NCBI GenBank assembly: GCA_965153285.1
Contig: OZ229114.1
DNA: 64,000 nucleotides
Source: Podarcis tiliguerta
Taxonomy: Eukaryota
Reading direction: 5' to 3' (one strand)
The position numbers were made by a program, and so were the translations under genes. Below, piece by piece: positions 1-12,795 of this stretch (within the stretch, counting starts at the first letter, position 1; every line of letters starts with the position of its first letter). The notes below the pieces were generated by a model, which had not been told where the DNA came from, did not search any database, and saw only the letters and a program-made list of their open reading frames with translations.

Positions 1-479
1 ACACACAAATATGCAAAATATGTGCCCAAGAATAAACACTCTGGTGCAGCAGTGCTTGGAAGGACCATATCTTTTATCAGAGACGAGGATTCATTACCTA
101 ATTTTTGTCTCCGGCTTTCTTCTCATAGATGTTTGTCAAGATCCCAGGGGAAATTAACAGAGTTCTAATTTTTGTGGGCTACCATTTTGAGGGCACACCT
201 TTAATTAAAGGTGCTACAAACTACTTTTAGTAAGTGCAGCTCCCTTGTGATTTCCTGCCAGCCACACACAACTTCTGGTCAAACGAATGAGTTCTGCGTA
301 GAAGAAAAGTTTACTGCTAGAGGAAGCACATGCAGGGAAAACTCTGCCAAGCCATTTTATAATCTCAGGCTGAGAATTTGAAACCAAGAACCTGAAGGGG
401 GTTTCCAATAAGACAGCTATATACTTGCAGATAAAGGGGGGAGGGAGAAACTATCATTTGTAGAAAAATAAGTCTGCCG

Positions 480-812
480 CTTGGGCTTGCCGATCGGAAG
501 GTCGGCGGTTCGGATCCCTGTGATGGGGTGAGCTCCCATTGCTCGGTCCCAGCTCCTGTCAACCTAGCAATTTGAAAGCACGCAGTGCAAGTAGATAAAT
601 AAGTACCGCTCTGGCGGGAAGGTAAATGGTGTTTCTGTGCGCTGCTCTGGTTTCGCCAGAAGCAGCTTAGTCATGCTGGCCACATGACCCGGAAAAACTG
701 TCTGCGGAAGCGGACGAACGCTGGCTCCCTCGGCCTGTAATGCGAGATGAGCTCCGCAACCCCAGAGTCGTTTGCGACTAGACTAAATTGTCAGGGGTCC
801 CTTTACCTTTTA
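480..812 (+). mobile_element. Sauria SINE (Squam1/POM-type), 5'-truncated
   Basis: Close match to the copy at 31155-31502 (ggttcggatccc B-box, gtgcaagtagataaat, gtcatgctggccacatgacccggaa, 3' ggggtccctttaccttt). The first ~35 nt are missing. Confidence 0.9.
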
Positions 813-3360
813 AGTAAGAATCAAGGCATCAGTTTGGATACAACGCTACACAAAACACTTCACAACTAAGAAGATGCATTTTGCATTACAGAGCTGATGT
901 CCCCCATCTGCTGCCTCCATCCCCCCCAAAATTATGAGCCTGAATTCTGACCCTGTATCATCACATTTTAATTGCTCCACTGGACTCATACAGCACATGG
1001 AAGCGGGACTGCAGAGACTTGGGCTCAACCAACATTTCCCAAGTCTTACTGCAAAAGACCCACCACGCCACTAAATCACCTAGTTGCACTCTAAGCTACG
1101 CTCTTTGCACTCACTTGCTTGATATGTATGTCATGGCTTGCACACTCTCCCCTCATTCTACTGTGGACACGAGGAGGACACTGGAAATTTTTGTTACTGT
1201 TTTATGTTAACCACAGTTTATGAATCATCTGAACCCTAAACTGTGGTTAATCTTAAACTGATGATCAGCAGAAATAAGCCAGCTTCACAAACTACTGGTT
1301 GTGCATTCAGTATCGTGAGTCCAATTCTGAGGAGCTCCCTCCAAACTGAAATAAGGCAGCCTGCTCCCTGATGCTTGGTAAACATTTTATGCTTGGTAAA
1401 GACTTTCAGCAGGCTCTCCCCTCCCCCCGAATCTTATGGTTTATTTTAACTATTTTTATGCTGTATCCCTCCATAACACCTATTGTACACAATACAACTG
1501 CAGTATTAAACTATGTATAAATTATTAGAATTAGAAAAATAATAATAAATAAGCCAAAGTTAAAATTAATCACAGCTTCACAGAGGTTAGACAACAAGGC
1601 GAGCTGTGGTTAATCTAAAACAGAAGCAAAAACCTTCCAAACTCTTCCTTGTAGCTGCCCCTGAGGAGGAGAGGGAGAAAGCAAGCATAAGGCGTGCTGA
1701 GGTTTGCTAAGACTATGGCTTAGTCTTTTGTCTGACCAGCTCACTGAAGCTCCTACCACACTGAGCTGCAAACCATGCAAAAGCATACAGAGACAGGCAC
1801 AGTTGTACAGAGGGTGTGACTCCATGCAGCTTGGTCCTCCAGAGTAAAATTATGTACACTACTGAATGCCAAAATTCAAACGGAGGTATCTATCTGGCCT
1901 TAGGGAGAATTTCATTCTGTCTGGGGTTAAGCAAGCTTCCCACAGAGTTATGCACACAGAGCGATTGCTCAGACTGCTCACACATTGGCACCATACATAA
2001 ATGGATGTTGGATTCTGTAGAATGACACACTTGAGGAGAAACGTTGTATGCGACAGGCAGTTTTACAGAAAGGTGGAGAAAATTTGCATGGCATTACTGT
2101 CTGCCAAAGGGATTTTTTTATATATTCGAGTAAAGTTAAAGAAAGGTTTCTTGGATATGGCACCTATCTAGAACAAGAATACATATGCTGGGGGAAAGGC
2201 ATTACAGGAAGAAATCCCAAGGAATGAGGAGGGAGAAGAGGGCAATCATTTCTCTACCAGCCATTTTGTTGGGGGTGGGAAGAGGAGGGGGAGAGATGCT
2301 GCAAAAGCGCCAGCTGGTTTTGCTAACAGATGGCTGCATGCACTGATCTGTCCTGCAGGGCTATCCTGAACTTCCTTCCAATGGAAACATGAAGCTTAAG
2401 CAAGGCTAAACATGCCCTTTTTATATACACTGTATCGTGGCTGGAATGTTTTCCAGTCATTCACAATCCCTCAGACACGGTTCTTATTTTATGGGAGTTA
2501 TATTTAGTTGCAGGGGAAGCCAAAGACAGGATGCACATTTCCCTGAGAATGTCTCTTTTGATGTGGCAATGCAAAAGGGAACATACCCAATCCACCATTC
2601 CTCCGAAAGTGCTTTGTTTTAAAATCAGATGCGTCTTCAACCCGCTGACAATGTCTCCGTACTGCAGTAAGTATGTGAATCAAATCCCCCACCTCGGCTC
2701 CAGTTGTGTGACTTGAGACAGTGGCCAGCAGGGGGGGTATGAGAATATCATATGCTCCCTGTCTAAAGTTGCAGGGGCTTAAATTCAGGAAGGAGGCAGG
2801 GTTGCAGCCCTACAATCCGAATGCCCACTCAACTGCCTCTCTCTGCTGGAAGCAAACATGGACAACTTGTTTGGACAAAGACAGCATAAAAATAAATAAA
2901 CCACCAGTTGGAGGTGCAACAGTTGAGTTGTGCGTTTCTCATATTACCATGGCTATTGCTAAGATACATTTGGCACATTTTTTTGTTTAAAAGGGCCCAA
3001 CAAATCATAATATTTTTTTTAAAAAAACCCACTAGGATTTTCAACTCTCATTTCTAAATTTTCACCATATTATCATCCTAATTTCAAAAACTAACGATTA
3101 TTGTTATAATTATTATCTTTATTTATATCTCACCTTTTTCCTTTACAGGCAGGGAACTAACGAGGAAGGGGTTCTTAGGATTAAAACAATAAATGTGCAT
3201 TATCGATAAAGGACTACATAAATTCCCATAAGACCCTATGGACTCAATTAGGTTTACACAGATACATTCAGAAAGCACAGTATTAAATTGCCTCTCCAAT
3301 GAAGAGAGAACTTGCAGCTTATTGACCTGGTACAAGGATGACAGTTGCAACTTTACTTAC

Positions 3361-3450
3361 TTTGGCCACACAGTTTTCAGTCTTCATAGCAGTGCTCCCT
3401 AAGCAAACTGCTTCCTGGTTGATGCAGAGCCTGGCACAGCTATTATAGGT
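3361..3450 (-). CDS. BTRC: BTRC coding exon 4, 90 nt, phase 0-0
   Basis: Translates to TYNSCARLCINQEAVCLGSTAMKTENCVAK (human TYNSCARLCLNQETVCLASTAMKTENCVAK). Acceptor ttgtttcttcttcacag|ACC, donor AAA|gtaagt. Confidence 0.97.
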
Positions 3451-4227
3451 CTGTGAAGAAGAAACAAAATAATGGTTTGGATAATGGAACTGTATTTGTT
3501 CTAAAGGTAAGGTGTTTCATTTATTTAGAGCAGCTAATTGCATTCGTGGGCTTCTACTTTTAAAGCAGACAGCCTGCATTATATAGTCATATAGAGATAT
3601 CATACACAATGGTCAAGTCTGCCCTACAGGGATTTGTACTGCTTAAATCAAGAGCCTTACATTTCAAGGACCATGAAAAAAAATGCACCTCCAAGTTCTT
3701 AAATTAAGAAATCTAAGGGCGGGGCGGGGGAATATTTCAACTCCAAACTCTTCTACAGCAGTGGTTTAAAGCAGAGACCCAAACTCCCCCACCTCCTGCA
3801 AAAGCTCATTTTGTCAATTGTTAAAATGTGGGGTAGGTGGTAACACTCTGTTCTCCACAAGGTTATTATTTCCCTGGGGAAGCGAAGCTATTATTTACCG
3901 TACTTAATTTTTACAAAGGTGTACATTCCAAAAGTATTTCAACGTGGTTTACAGAAAACTAAAACACACAATGGAGCACAAATCTAAATAAAAACCAAAA
4001 AAGCAATAGATCCTCTTTGCATTCCATCCCAAAAAAATCCAGCAGCAATAAGAAGCAAAAGTGTTTTTGATATTCCTGTGAAAGAGCAAAAATTCAAAGC
4101 ATGAGGAAGGGTGCTCCATAGTGGATTTGGAACCTTCCTATTTCACTTAGGACAAAACGAAGCACTGCCATGTAAACTTTTCTGCTTCTGGGCTCAATGA
4201 TTCTTGAGGAAGCTTAAACAACTGATT

Positions 4228-4705
4228 ATTTATTTACTTACTGCATTTATATGGGCTGCCCAACAATATACGTTGTCCAAGCAGCTCACAGAAATTTTAA
4301 AAACAAATATTAAGAATAAAATGTAAAATAATAAAAGTAGCATTAAAAAAATGCTTTCTCGAAGAGAAACAATAAAGCATGGATCCTAAGACTGAGATGG
4401 CCAGATTGATCAACTTGTGGGTTTTTTTAATAGCCTGGATGCATAAAAAGGCTTTTAACCTGTTGCCAAAAAGGCTGCAAGGCTGACACCAAGCAAGTCT
4501 CTTTATAAAGCATGTTCCATAATTGGGTGCCACCACTGAGAAGACCCTCTTCCTATTAACTGTCTGCCTCATTTCATTTGGTGACAGCATGAAGCGCAGG
4601 GCTTCTGGGAAGGATCTCAAGGATCAGGTAGGTAGGTATATATACAGAACAAGGATATCTTCTGAGTAACTTTACCCCAAGCTGTTTGTGGTTTTGTAAA
4701 ATTTA
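4228..4705 (-). mobile_element. L2-like LINE 3' fragment
   Basis: ORF 4297..4620 contains RVFSVVAPNYG...SLFGNRLKAFL, resembling the L2 ORF2 C-terminus. An (attt)n tail lies near 4228. Confidence 0.7.
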
Positions 4706-7700
4706 AGCGTAGCATCTCTATGAGAGAGTATGTCATACAGATAATATTGCGTTTTCAGCCACAGTCACAGAGGAATAGACACGTAATTTGTTCTTGGAAT
4801 ATGCCCACATATGTTGAAGCAGGCAATATCTTGTGCAACCCCTTCTGTGTGAAAGATTAGGAGGAATGCCTCTACTAAGACGCAAGCCACAGTATTTAAA
4901 AAGGCATAAAAACATTTTCATTAAATCTGCTGCCCAATTAATCAGGGGCACCTTTTTAATTGATTAGAAGTTTTCAATTTTTCATCACCCAAACACTGCC
5001 ACCCCTGACATTACCTCATGTTGTATTCCTTTGTGAGATTCACAAAGGATTGTTACATTATTGATCATTCTACAGAAGTCCAAACTCCGTGTTTTGGCTA
5101 TAAAAGGATTTCTGATTCAATTCTAGCTCAGAAACCCGAACTGTCCAAGCATCTCCTCCCCAATCACCAAGAGAGGCCATTTCTAGGCCACAGGAAGCAC
5201 TGTTTGAAATGGCAGCCAGATACTGAGCCAGAGGCAGATAGCTTTGCGTTGGAGTGCTTTAATACGGTTTTATACTGCATATAAAGAATGCAAGCATAAA
5301 CCAGTTTGTTGAAAACTACCCTTTTGGTGAAAGCTGGCTATAATTCTGAACAAGTTTTCAATTTTCACACTGCTGCTAGGGTAAAACATTTTAAAGAGTT
5401 TAATTTTTACAGTGGCTTCAATGACACAGGATTATCCAACAAAGTAATGGCTAATCAATAGAGGGTTTAGTTGTCAGGTGAAACATATAACACACTAAAA
5501 GGGATTGATTGCTAGGCTCCTCCTTATTTACTGGAAGGTATATATTTAAAATGACACAAACTTGTTACCAAGCCACATTCCTTTAACCTTGCAAAAGCTG
5601 TTTGAGATGAGTGTTAAGCAGCCTATAGCAACACACTAATGGGAAAAAAATATCTACCGACGTATGACCGCTTCAAATCATGTCAGGAGCAGAAATGCAA
5701 TGAGAGGAGCTCGGCGATGCAAAGCAGCATCTATGGCCAGACAAAGGTCCAAATTACCACCTGCAGATGCTGCTATGGATGTGGAGAGACTGTCTGGAGT
5801 ACCACTTAAAAATTACATGAAGTGTAAAACATTGTCTTTTCATAATCTGTGGGGGAAATCAGAATATTTTGAGGTGGACTGAGGTGGTAAGGAGGGAGTA
5901 TCTAAAATACAGAAACAATGAGCAAAGTATGAAATGGATCTTTCTTCTTTTCCATAAACACTGTAATGCTTGGCCAACCTTCTCTCTGCAGCCATAAGGA
6001 CTAAAAATTTACCTGCTTTAAACTAGCAGAAACTGCTTCATAGCTATGTTCCACAGCAGTGCAGGGTATATTAACAACTCTATCTTTTTGACTGACAAAC
6101 ATCTTAAGGTCTCACATTTTTAGGTTATGCCCCAAAGTACAAAGGATGAATATGACAAACACATACATCGTATCACAACATTCAGAGGATGGGAATTGGT
6201 GCAGCTCTCTGCTGAATGCATTTACCAAGCCCAGGGTCAGTTCCTATGCAATGAGTAAAATGGTCCACAGGTCCTTCCAATGTCAGGATCAAGTGGGCCT
6301 ACTCTTAATCCTTTGAATCCCTGAGGGCTTCCAAGTTTTCCATCTATACCAATGGATGGCAAGTTATTTCACAATTCATCCAAAAGATCTCATCTTTCAG
6401 CACACCAGCACTTTAATTGGAGAATCTAAATGTTCAATAAGATTTCTTTCCCACCCCTGTAGTCAATAATTACATGATTTATCAGAGAAAGATATTATTG
6501 TAGTAAAAACACAACAACGAAATCCAAGAGCACAATCTTCCCCCAAGTCATTTCCAGAGACAAGATTATTAAACTCTTTTTTTCATTGTTCAAACAAGGG
6601 CTTTTGCAGCAAAGCGCCAATTGCCAAATGGTAAGAAAATAGTTATTAGACTCTGAAGAATTCAGTGGAAGTGGGAAGTTATACGAACAAATCACTCTTG
6701 CAGATTCAGAAAGATCGCTTTCATCTCACTTACAGGGCCTTATGAGACCTCCATTAATTACCCTTAAGGTCTTTCACACAGACTATTTTTTAAAAAGGCA
6801 ATATATTTATTTATTTCCAATGAGGTGCTTCTTCCGAAAGTATTAAATGCCTGCAAATTTAAAAGCGTTTTTATAAACAGGTAATTAAAAAAAAGGAAGA
6901 TGAGAATTAAGTCAAGCTGCAGAGCATTACCCAGAATCCACTGTGATTATCATTTCTATATTTAAAGTAAAATGTCTAGTCTCTGTTGCTCGGAATGCTT
7001 GTGGGAAGGGGAAAAGATCTCTGCAGGAAGTCAGCAAGAAAAAATATAGACTAGCCAAGCCAAAACCAAGAACATTTACAGAAACGTCCCCAAAGCTCAG
7101 TTTGTCATATTGCAATTACACCTTGCCTACTGTGGAGCCAGAGTCCCTAATTTTGCCACTAGAGGGAAGAATTGTCTCAACACATGGTGATGGCAAATGG
7201 GGAATGGGTTTTCCTGGGCAATTTCCATAACAATGCTCCCTTGGCTGTATGTACCTTCTAATTACTCAGTACAATTAAAATGAGTAACCTAAAAACAAAT
7301 GGGGGGAGGAAATGCTCAGCCCATTTCCAACATTTGTATCCTCTTTTATCAATCAAAACAAGGAGAAGGACAATGCTACTTTGTGTCCCATTCCCGAGCC
7401 ATTGAAACTTATTCAGTAAAACAATATTGACAAAAGCAAGGAGTACTGAATTGCTTGTAAAACAAAAACTGAAACAGGAAAAAAAACCCCAAACAAAAGA
7501 GAAATGTCATGGTATTTAGCCATCTGGTAGCAGCTTGAAAACAAATTGTCCTCCAAAGAGCAGAAATACAGTATGCTTTCTCTCAGTTCACTGGCTTATG
7601 AATATAGCTCCCCCTCCTGCCTTTCCCCCTAAAGTAGATAAGCTAATGCTGGATGTGAGTGGCTTCCGCAAACTTTTTACACTTATACCCCATTATTCAA

Positions 7701-9570
7701 AGGTCGCCCTAGCCAACTGGGCTAACTGCATCTTCCCCCCCAAAAGGGCTACTGCATATGTAGCACCTCCTTAAAATGCTCTTGATTTTCTGCCTGCCAA
7801 TGAAAATTTTGCCTTGTGGTTGCTGATCTTCCGAGGCTTAAATCCTTCATTTTATAAGGCTAGTCATTAAAAGGGAAGATGGCAGGCAAGTCAGTCATTT
7901 TTCTTCCCCATTGACAATTGGTGACATTTCTCCAGCAGCGCACAAGGTGTTGAAAACCTGGCAGCTGTTACCTCCTGGGACGGAGCTCCTTTTTTATCCT
8001 CCTCTTGACAGCTTAACTCAATGGGTCAGCACCTTTAAAGACTGCAAAGTATCAGTGAAGTGGATGGCCAGAGTTGAATTACTGCACCCTTCCTAATCAA
8101 TGTAAACCCTCACTGCAGGTGAAACTCTTCATCTATAGAGGTGCATGGGGGAGGAAAATGTAATGCCCTGAGCCAGATGGGTTTCATCTTGTGGTTTTTT
8201 TGTGGTTGTTTTTTAAAAGAAAGGAACAAGCTAACAAGGGGACAGCTACTTTGTCAGCTTCTTGGCCTCTCTCATGGCTCCGAGGCCCCAGGGTTCCAGC
8301 CACACAAGAGAAAAGAATTCAGCATACACGTAAACACTTAAAGAAATATAACTAGGGAGATGGCAACATGCTGTTTTCAAAGACTTGAGAGTCCTGCTCA
8401 GAGCTTTATTTATCACTACCCACGTTCATTGGCCTGTAAGTGGACACGGAAACAAAAGGTCAGGACAATAGACAACGCAAGCAATTTACTCCATTACGGG
8501 GGGAATGCAGAAATACCGCACATCTGACAGACCCGATTAGCATTGAAACAGGGACAGGGGGCAACCACAGAGTTTTTAGGCTGCAAGACAACATTTCTGC
8601 TGAACAGGCAAGGATTTCTGCACAAGTGATATTTGGGATAATAATAGTGGATAGGAAAACACAAAAGCAAATTATAAGCACATTTGAAATAACTATTCCT
8701 CCTTCATACTGGGTCGCTTTTTCCTAACAAGCGTTCAAGATTGATACAAATTACAGCTTAGACACCAACTCTTTTCCTCACAGAAACATCTACAGCCTAC
8801 TCTACAGTAACTAGGAAGCGATGTTCCTTTACTTTTGCCTCTCTTTTGCTCTGGCTTGCCCTTACTTTTAAGCATCCTGCAGCACAAAATGTCAGAGGCT
8901 TTGTATGTCCTCCCCAACCTCTAAATGTTGCAGCTCTGTGTCAAATTGCTGAAGGAAGAGTTCATGAAAATGCTGGGTGGCTGGGACGGGGTGGGGTGGA
9001 GAAGGGTCTTGGGTGCCCCACTTTCCTTCCATCGGGAAGCTCTTAGGAGAGATGATCCCGATGAAAAGTGCAATGCACATCATTGCAATCCCGCTGCCGT
9101 CAGCACATCCCCATGGCACCTTTTGACACGATTTCCTCTCCACAGAGATCCACCCCCAACTCACCCATAGAGCAAGTCTTGACAGCAAAAAGGCACTTCA
9201 TTATTACCCCATTTGAGCACAGGAGAGAGAAGCTTTCTTTAAACAACCTGCATTGTGCCAATATTTTTAAAGACAGTAGGGTAATCAAGTTCAGGGCAGC
9301 TCCGGACAGCTGCCCTGTGACCTATGCCTGCTGACCCTTGCTATTCATCACTTTCCTTTGGAGGATGAGGGCAAGCTCCTGGGGAGTGACCACTACAATA
9401 GACAGATACAAGCCAACAATAATATGGTTCCTACAAAAAAGAACGGGAAAACCCAGATGGCACTGCAATAAATTTACAGATCTTCATTCATGGCTCTGTT
9501 TAACACAACCAAAAGCCAAAAGGCTCAAAGGTCCCTGGGGAGCTTCCCCCTCATTGGTTTCTAAAAGCGA

Positions 9571-9596
9571 TCTCTCTCTCTCTCTCTCTCTCTCTC
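9571..9596. repeat. (CT)13 microsatellite
   Basis: Read directly from the sequence. Confidence 0.95.
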
Positions 9597-9936
9597 AGCT
9601 ACTAAGCCCCAACTCTTCAGAAATGGAGACGAAGCCCTTAAAATAACAAATGCCTGACCTAATCAATCTACTATTCGGATCCAACACTAAATGATGGCTA
9701 CTGAAAACTAATTACAGTTTTTGGCAAGAACGTTGAATTTAAAATGGAAACATACAGGTTAAAAAGGCACTGAAGCATTTGAGGGTCTGTTTTAAAAAGA
9801 CTGCACACATGCACAAAACAGGAGTCAAACCAGGAGACTGATTCAATAATTCACACATTTATTTTTAAAATGAATCAGATTAGTCCCATGTGTGACCTGC
9901 CGGTCCATCTGTATTCACTGGACTTAATGGGCACTC

Positions 9937-10068
9937 NNNNNNNNNNNNNNNNNNNNNNNNNNNNNNNNNNNNNNNNNNNNNNNNNNNNNNNNNNNNNNNN
10001 NNNNNNNNNNNNNNNNNNNNNNNNNNNNNNNNNNNNNNNNNNNNNNNNNNNNNNNNNNNNNNNNNNNN
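9937..10068. other. Assembly gap (N)
   Basis: Run of N. Confidence 1.
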
Positions 10069-10306
10069 AAAATTCGTTTGTTAGCTTAAACATAGTTGCC
10101 AAAAACTTTGTCCCCTTGTCATGGTTTTCCAAGGCTGCAAACACACATCCACACAACCTCCCCCACCCACGCCCCCCCAGCATTCAATTTCCCCCCCAAG
10201 TCTTTCTTCACAGAATACATGCTAATAAGACCTAATTATATTTACTTCTCTAAACGGTACATGGCTTTAAACTAGGTTATGTTTCTCTCTGCTGGCTTTG
10301 TCTATG

Positions 10307-10512
10307 CACTGGCGGAGGAAGAGAAGTGTGGGAGGAGCACACCATCCCCGGCAGTGTGATCCCGGTGGGTGCCATTGCGGCCGCCCCCTGCCTGTGCTGG
10401 GCACCATGCCCCCACAGGCGACATGCCACACCCCCAGGATGCACGCCAGCCCCACCCCTGCCTGCTCTCCGCCCCCCCCCCCCCGGTGCCGGAACATGAA
10501 GCTCCGCCACTG
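10307..10512. mobile_element. GC-rich hAT-type MITE
   Basis: TIRs cactggcggag / ctccgccactg. Flanks tgtctatg / cttctatg give a 6/8 TSD. Confidence 0.75.
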
Positions 10513-12233
10513 CTTCTATGCAAGAGTAATGGGAAGTGGTCAAAGGTACCCACTAAACATTTGAAGTACATGACTTCCCCTAAAGTACATGACTTCCCGT
10601 AAAGATTCCTGGAAACTTTAGCTGTAGCTCTGTAGGAGGTCAGCTACAGTTCCCAAGATTATTTGGGAGAAGTCTTACACTTTAAATGCATGGAGCCAAA
10701 ATAAAGGGCACCATAGGTTACACCTCCATGTAGAAATGTGTTTTCATTCTGCAATGCATAATAAGCAGTGCTGTATACTTGCCATGTGTACATAGATCAA
10801 GCAGATGATGCTTGCAAAAGTTCTCTAACCCATGTACTTGCAGATCACATACTGATGCTGTCCTTTCATGAGTGAGAATGATTGTTGTGAATTTTAGGGT
10901 CATTTTACTAAATAAAAGGACAATAGGAAGTTTAAGGAGTGGCTGGATGTCCAGCCTTATTTCCCCCTCCCCCCACAACAACAAATTTGCCCTCTCCTGA
11001 GCAAAGGAGAAGATAATATACGTTTGCATTCAAAGAAGAAAATTGAACTGTTTTTCAGAAAAGAAACACATTGCTTTCTCGATTTCTTCTAGGTCCCTAT
11101 GGGACTATTCAGACAGGGAATTTATTTACCAACGGGATATTGAGATATCACAAATGGATCAATGGCAACAGCTTTATCCTTTATGCAATATCACACACAC
11201 AAAACCCCTTAATATTGGATCTTTCCCAGAAACAGAAAATCTAGATTAAAGGGAGGGTGGGATAGTGATATTGGTTGAAATGTTGATGCCAACAGTGTTG
11301 TGTGGATCCTGCAAAAAAAAGAAATAAGAAAATGCATATCTGAGGAGCATTGATTTCACAAATACATGGCTGGAAGCATATCTGATCTCAAAGATATAGC
11401 CTGCAGGCCAATTTGGACTGACTTTGCTTTTCCAATGAGTTCAGCAAAGTAATACCTCTTCTTTATTTACTGTCCAAGAAAATATCAGCTGTACCCTGTT
11501 GATGCCAGCTACCAGGCCTCACTAACCAGAATGCTACTGTCTGCAAACTGGTAACAGCAGCTGAAGGTTAAGACTATGGCATAAACCATCAATAACCCTT
11601 GTGTGTAAGGGAGTGCATCTAAATTCCAAGAATCACTTTTTAAATTAGCAACCAATTCTGTATTAACTGAAAAGCCTATTAGCTCACCTTTCTTCTGTTC
11701 TGGTTCAAGTTTAGATTAGGAATATAACTGAATGTTTGTTCCTTTAGTTATGGCCACACACATAAGAATCAAGGCCTATTGGTCTGAAAACTTGCCTGAT
11801 AGCAATACAAACTTGCTATTCCCCAAGAGGTCAAGGGTGGTTGCAGAATACGTGGATCACTTGTACAGCACATGACAAGGAATTCAGTATCCATGCATTA
11901 CTAGCACAGCAAAGAATCACACCACCTGCTTGACCCACAAGATTGCTCTCTAAGGCACATTACTGGAGCAATGTACGATACATAAGAAAGTAAGCTTGCA
12001 TACTGCTCTGGAAAGATGTGAATTAGCTCCAAGGTGCCTTCCAAAGAATGGCTGTTGTAACTTGAAAACTTATATATTCTTTCAGGAAAGAGAGAGGGAG
12101 GGAGGGAGAGAAAAATAATAATAATTCCTTTATGTGTTTTGTATCTTTCCAAGTTGCAAGGGATGTCAAAGGACTCTAGGTCATTCAAGTAAAGGGGCTG
12201 GGTGGGTTTTGCACACCTAAATTCAGTGCATAC

Positions 12234-12311
12234 CTGCCTGAGTGCATTCTTCTCGGGAATGATCTTCCTGGGGGGCTCGTCATTGTTACAGTCTTCTCTC
12301 TCAGATGAATT
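12234..12311 (-). CDS. BTRC: BTRC coding exon 3, 78 nt, phase 0-0
   Basis: Translates to NSSEREDCNNDEPPRKIIPEKNALRQ (human NSSEREDCNNGEPPRKIIPEKNSLRQ). Acceptor ccctctcatctgcatag|AAT, donor CAG|gtatgc. Confidence 0.97.
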
Positions 12312-12795
12312 CTATGCAGATGAGAGGGGGAAAGGTGGAAATCATTAATTCAGATACTTTCCTTTCAACACTGATCTAAGAAAGCAAAAAATCTGATGTT
12401 TTCAGCAACATTACCTATGAGTTTTCACTTCCTTTGAATTCTTTTTGTTAAGATGCGTCAATATTTTTTATTTTGTCTGGCACGCAATTGGATAAATTGG
12501 AATGAGTGTCTGCCATAGACATAGCCTGTGACATATCCAGTGTCATGGAAAAGAGCAAGCCACTATAAACAGACCCTAGACATATTCCTTCATGACAGAT
12601 ACCCGTCTAATTAAACAAGACTTTCAAAATATTACAAAGTCAGATTTTTTGTATTCCCAGCATGTGTCCAAGCACTTCCATAATGCTGGATCTGAACTCT
12701 TCTACATAACTAAAGTGGGATGCCCTGGCTCACAACAATACTAGGGTTTAATACAATGGAATTACTTCCACTTCAATGACTTTGATAATGAACGT

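Noticed and set aside
10267-10602. GC-rich region with five overlapping ORFs, a possible CpG-island promoter or BTRC exon 1
   Set aside because: It is bounded by TIRs and a partial TSD (hAT MITE), has no MDPAEAVLQ sequence, and is in the wrong position (intron 3).
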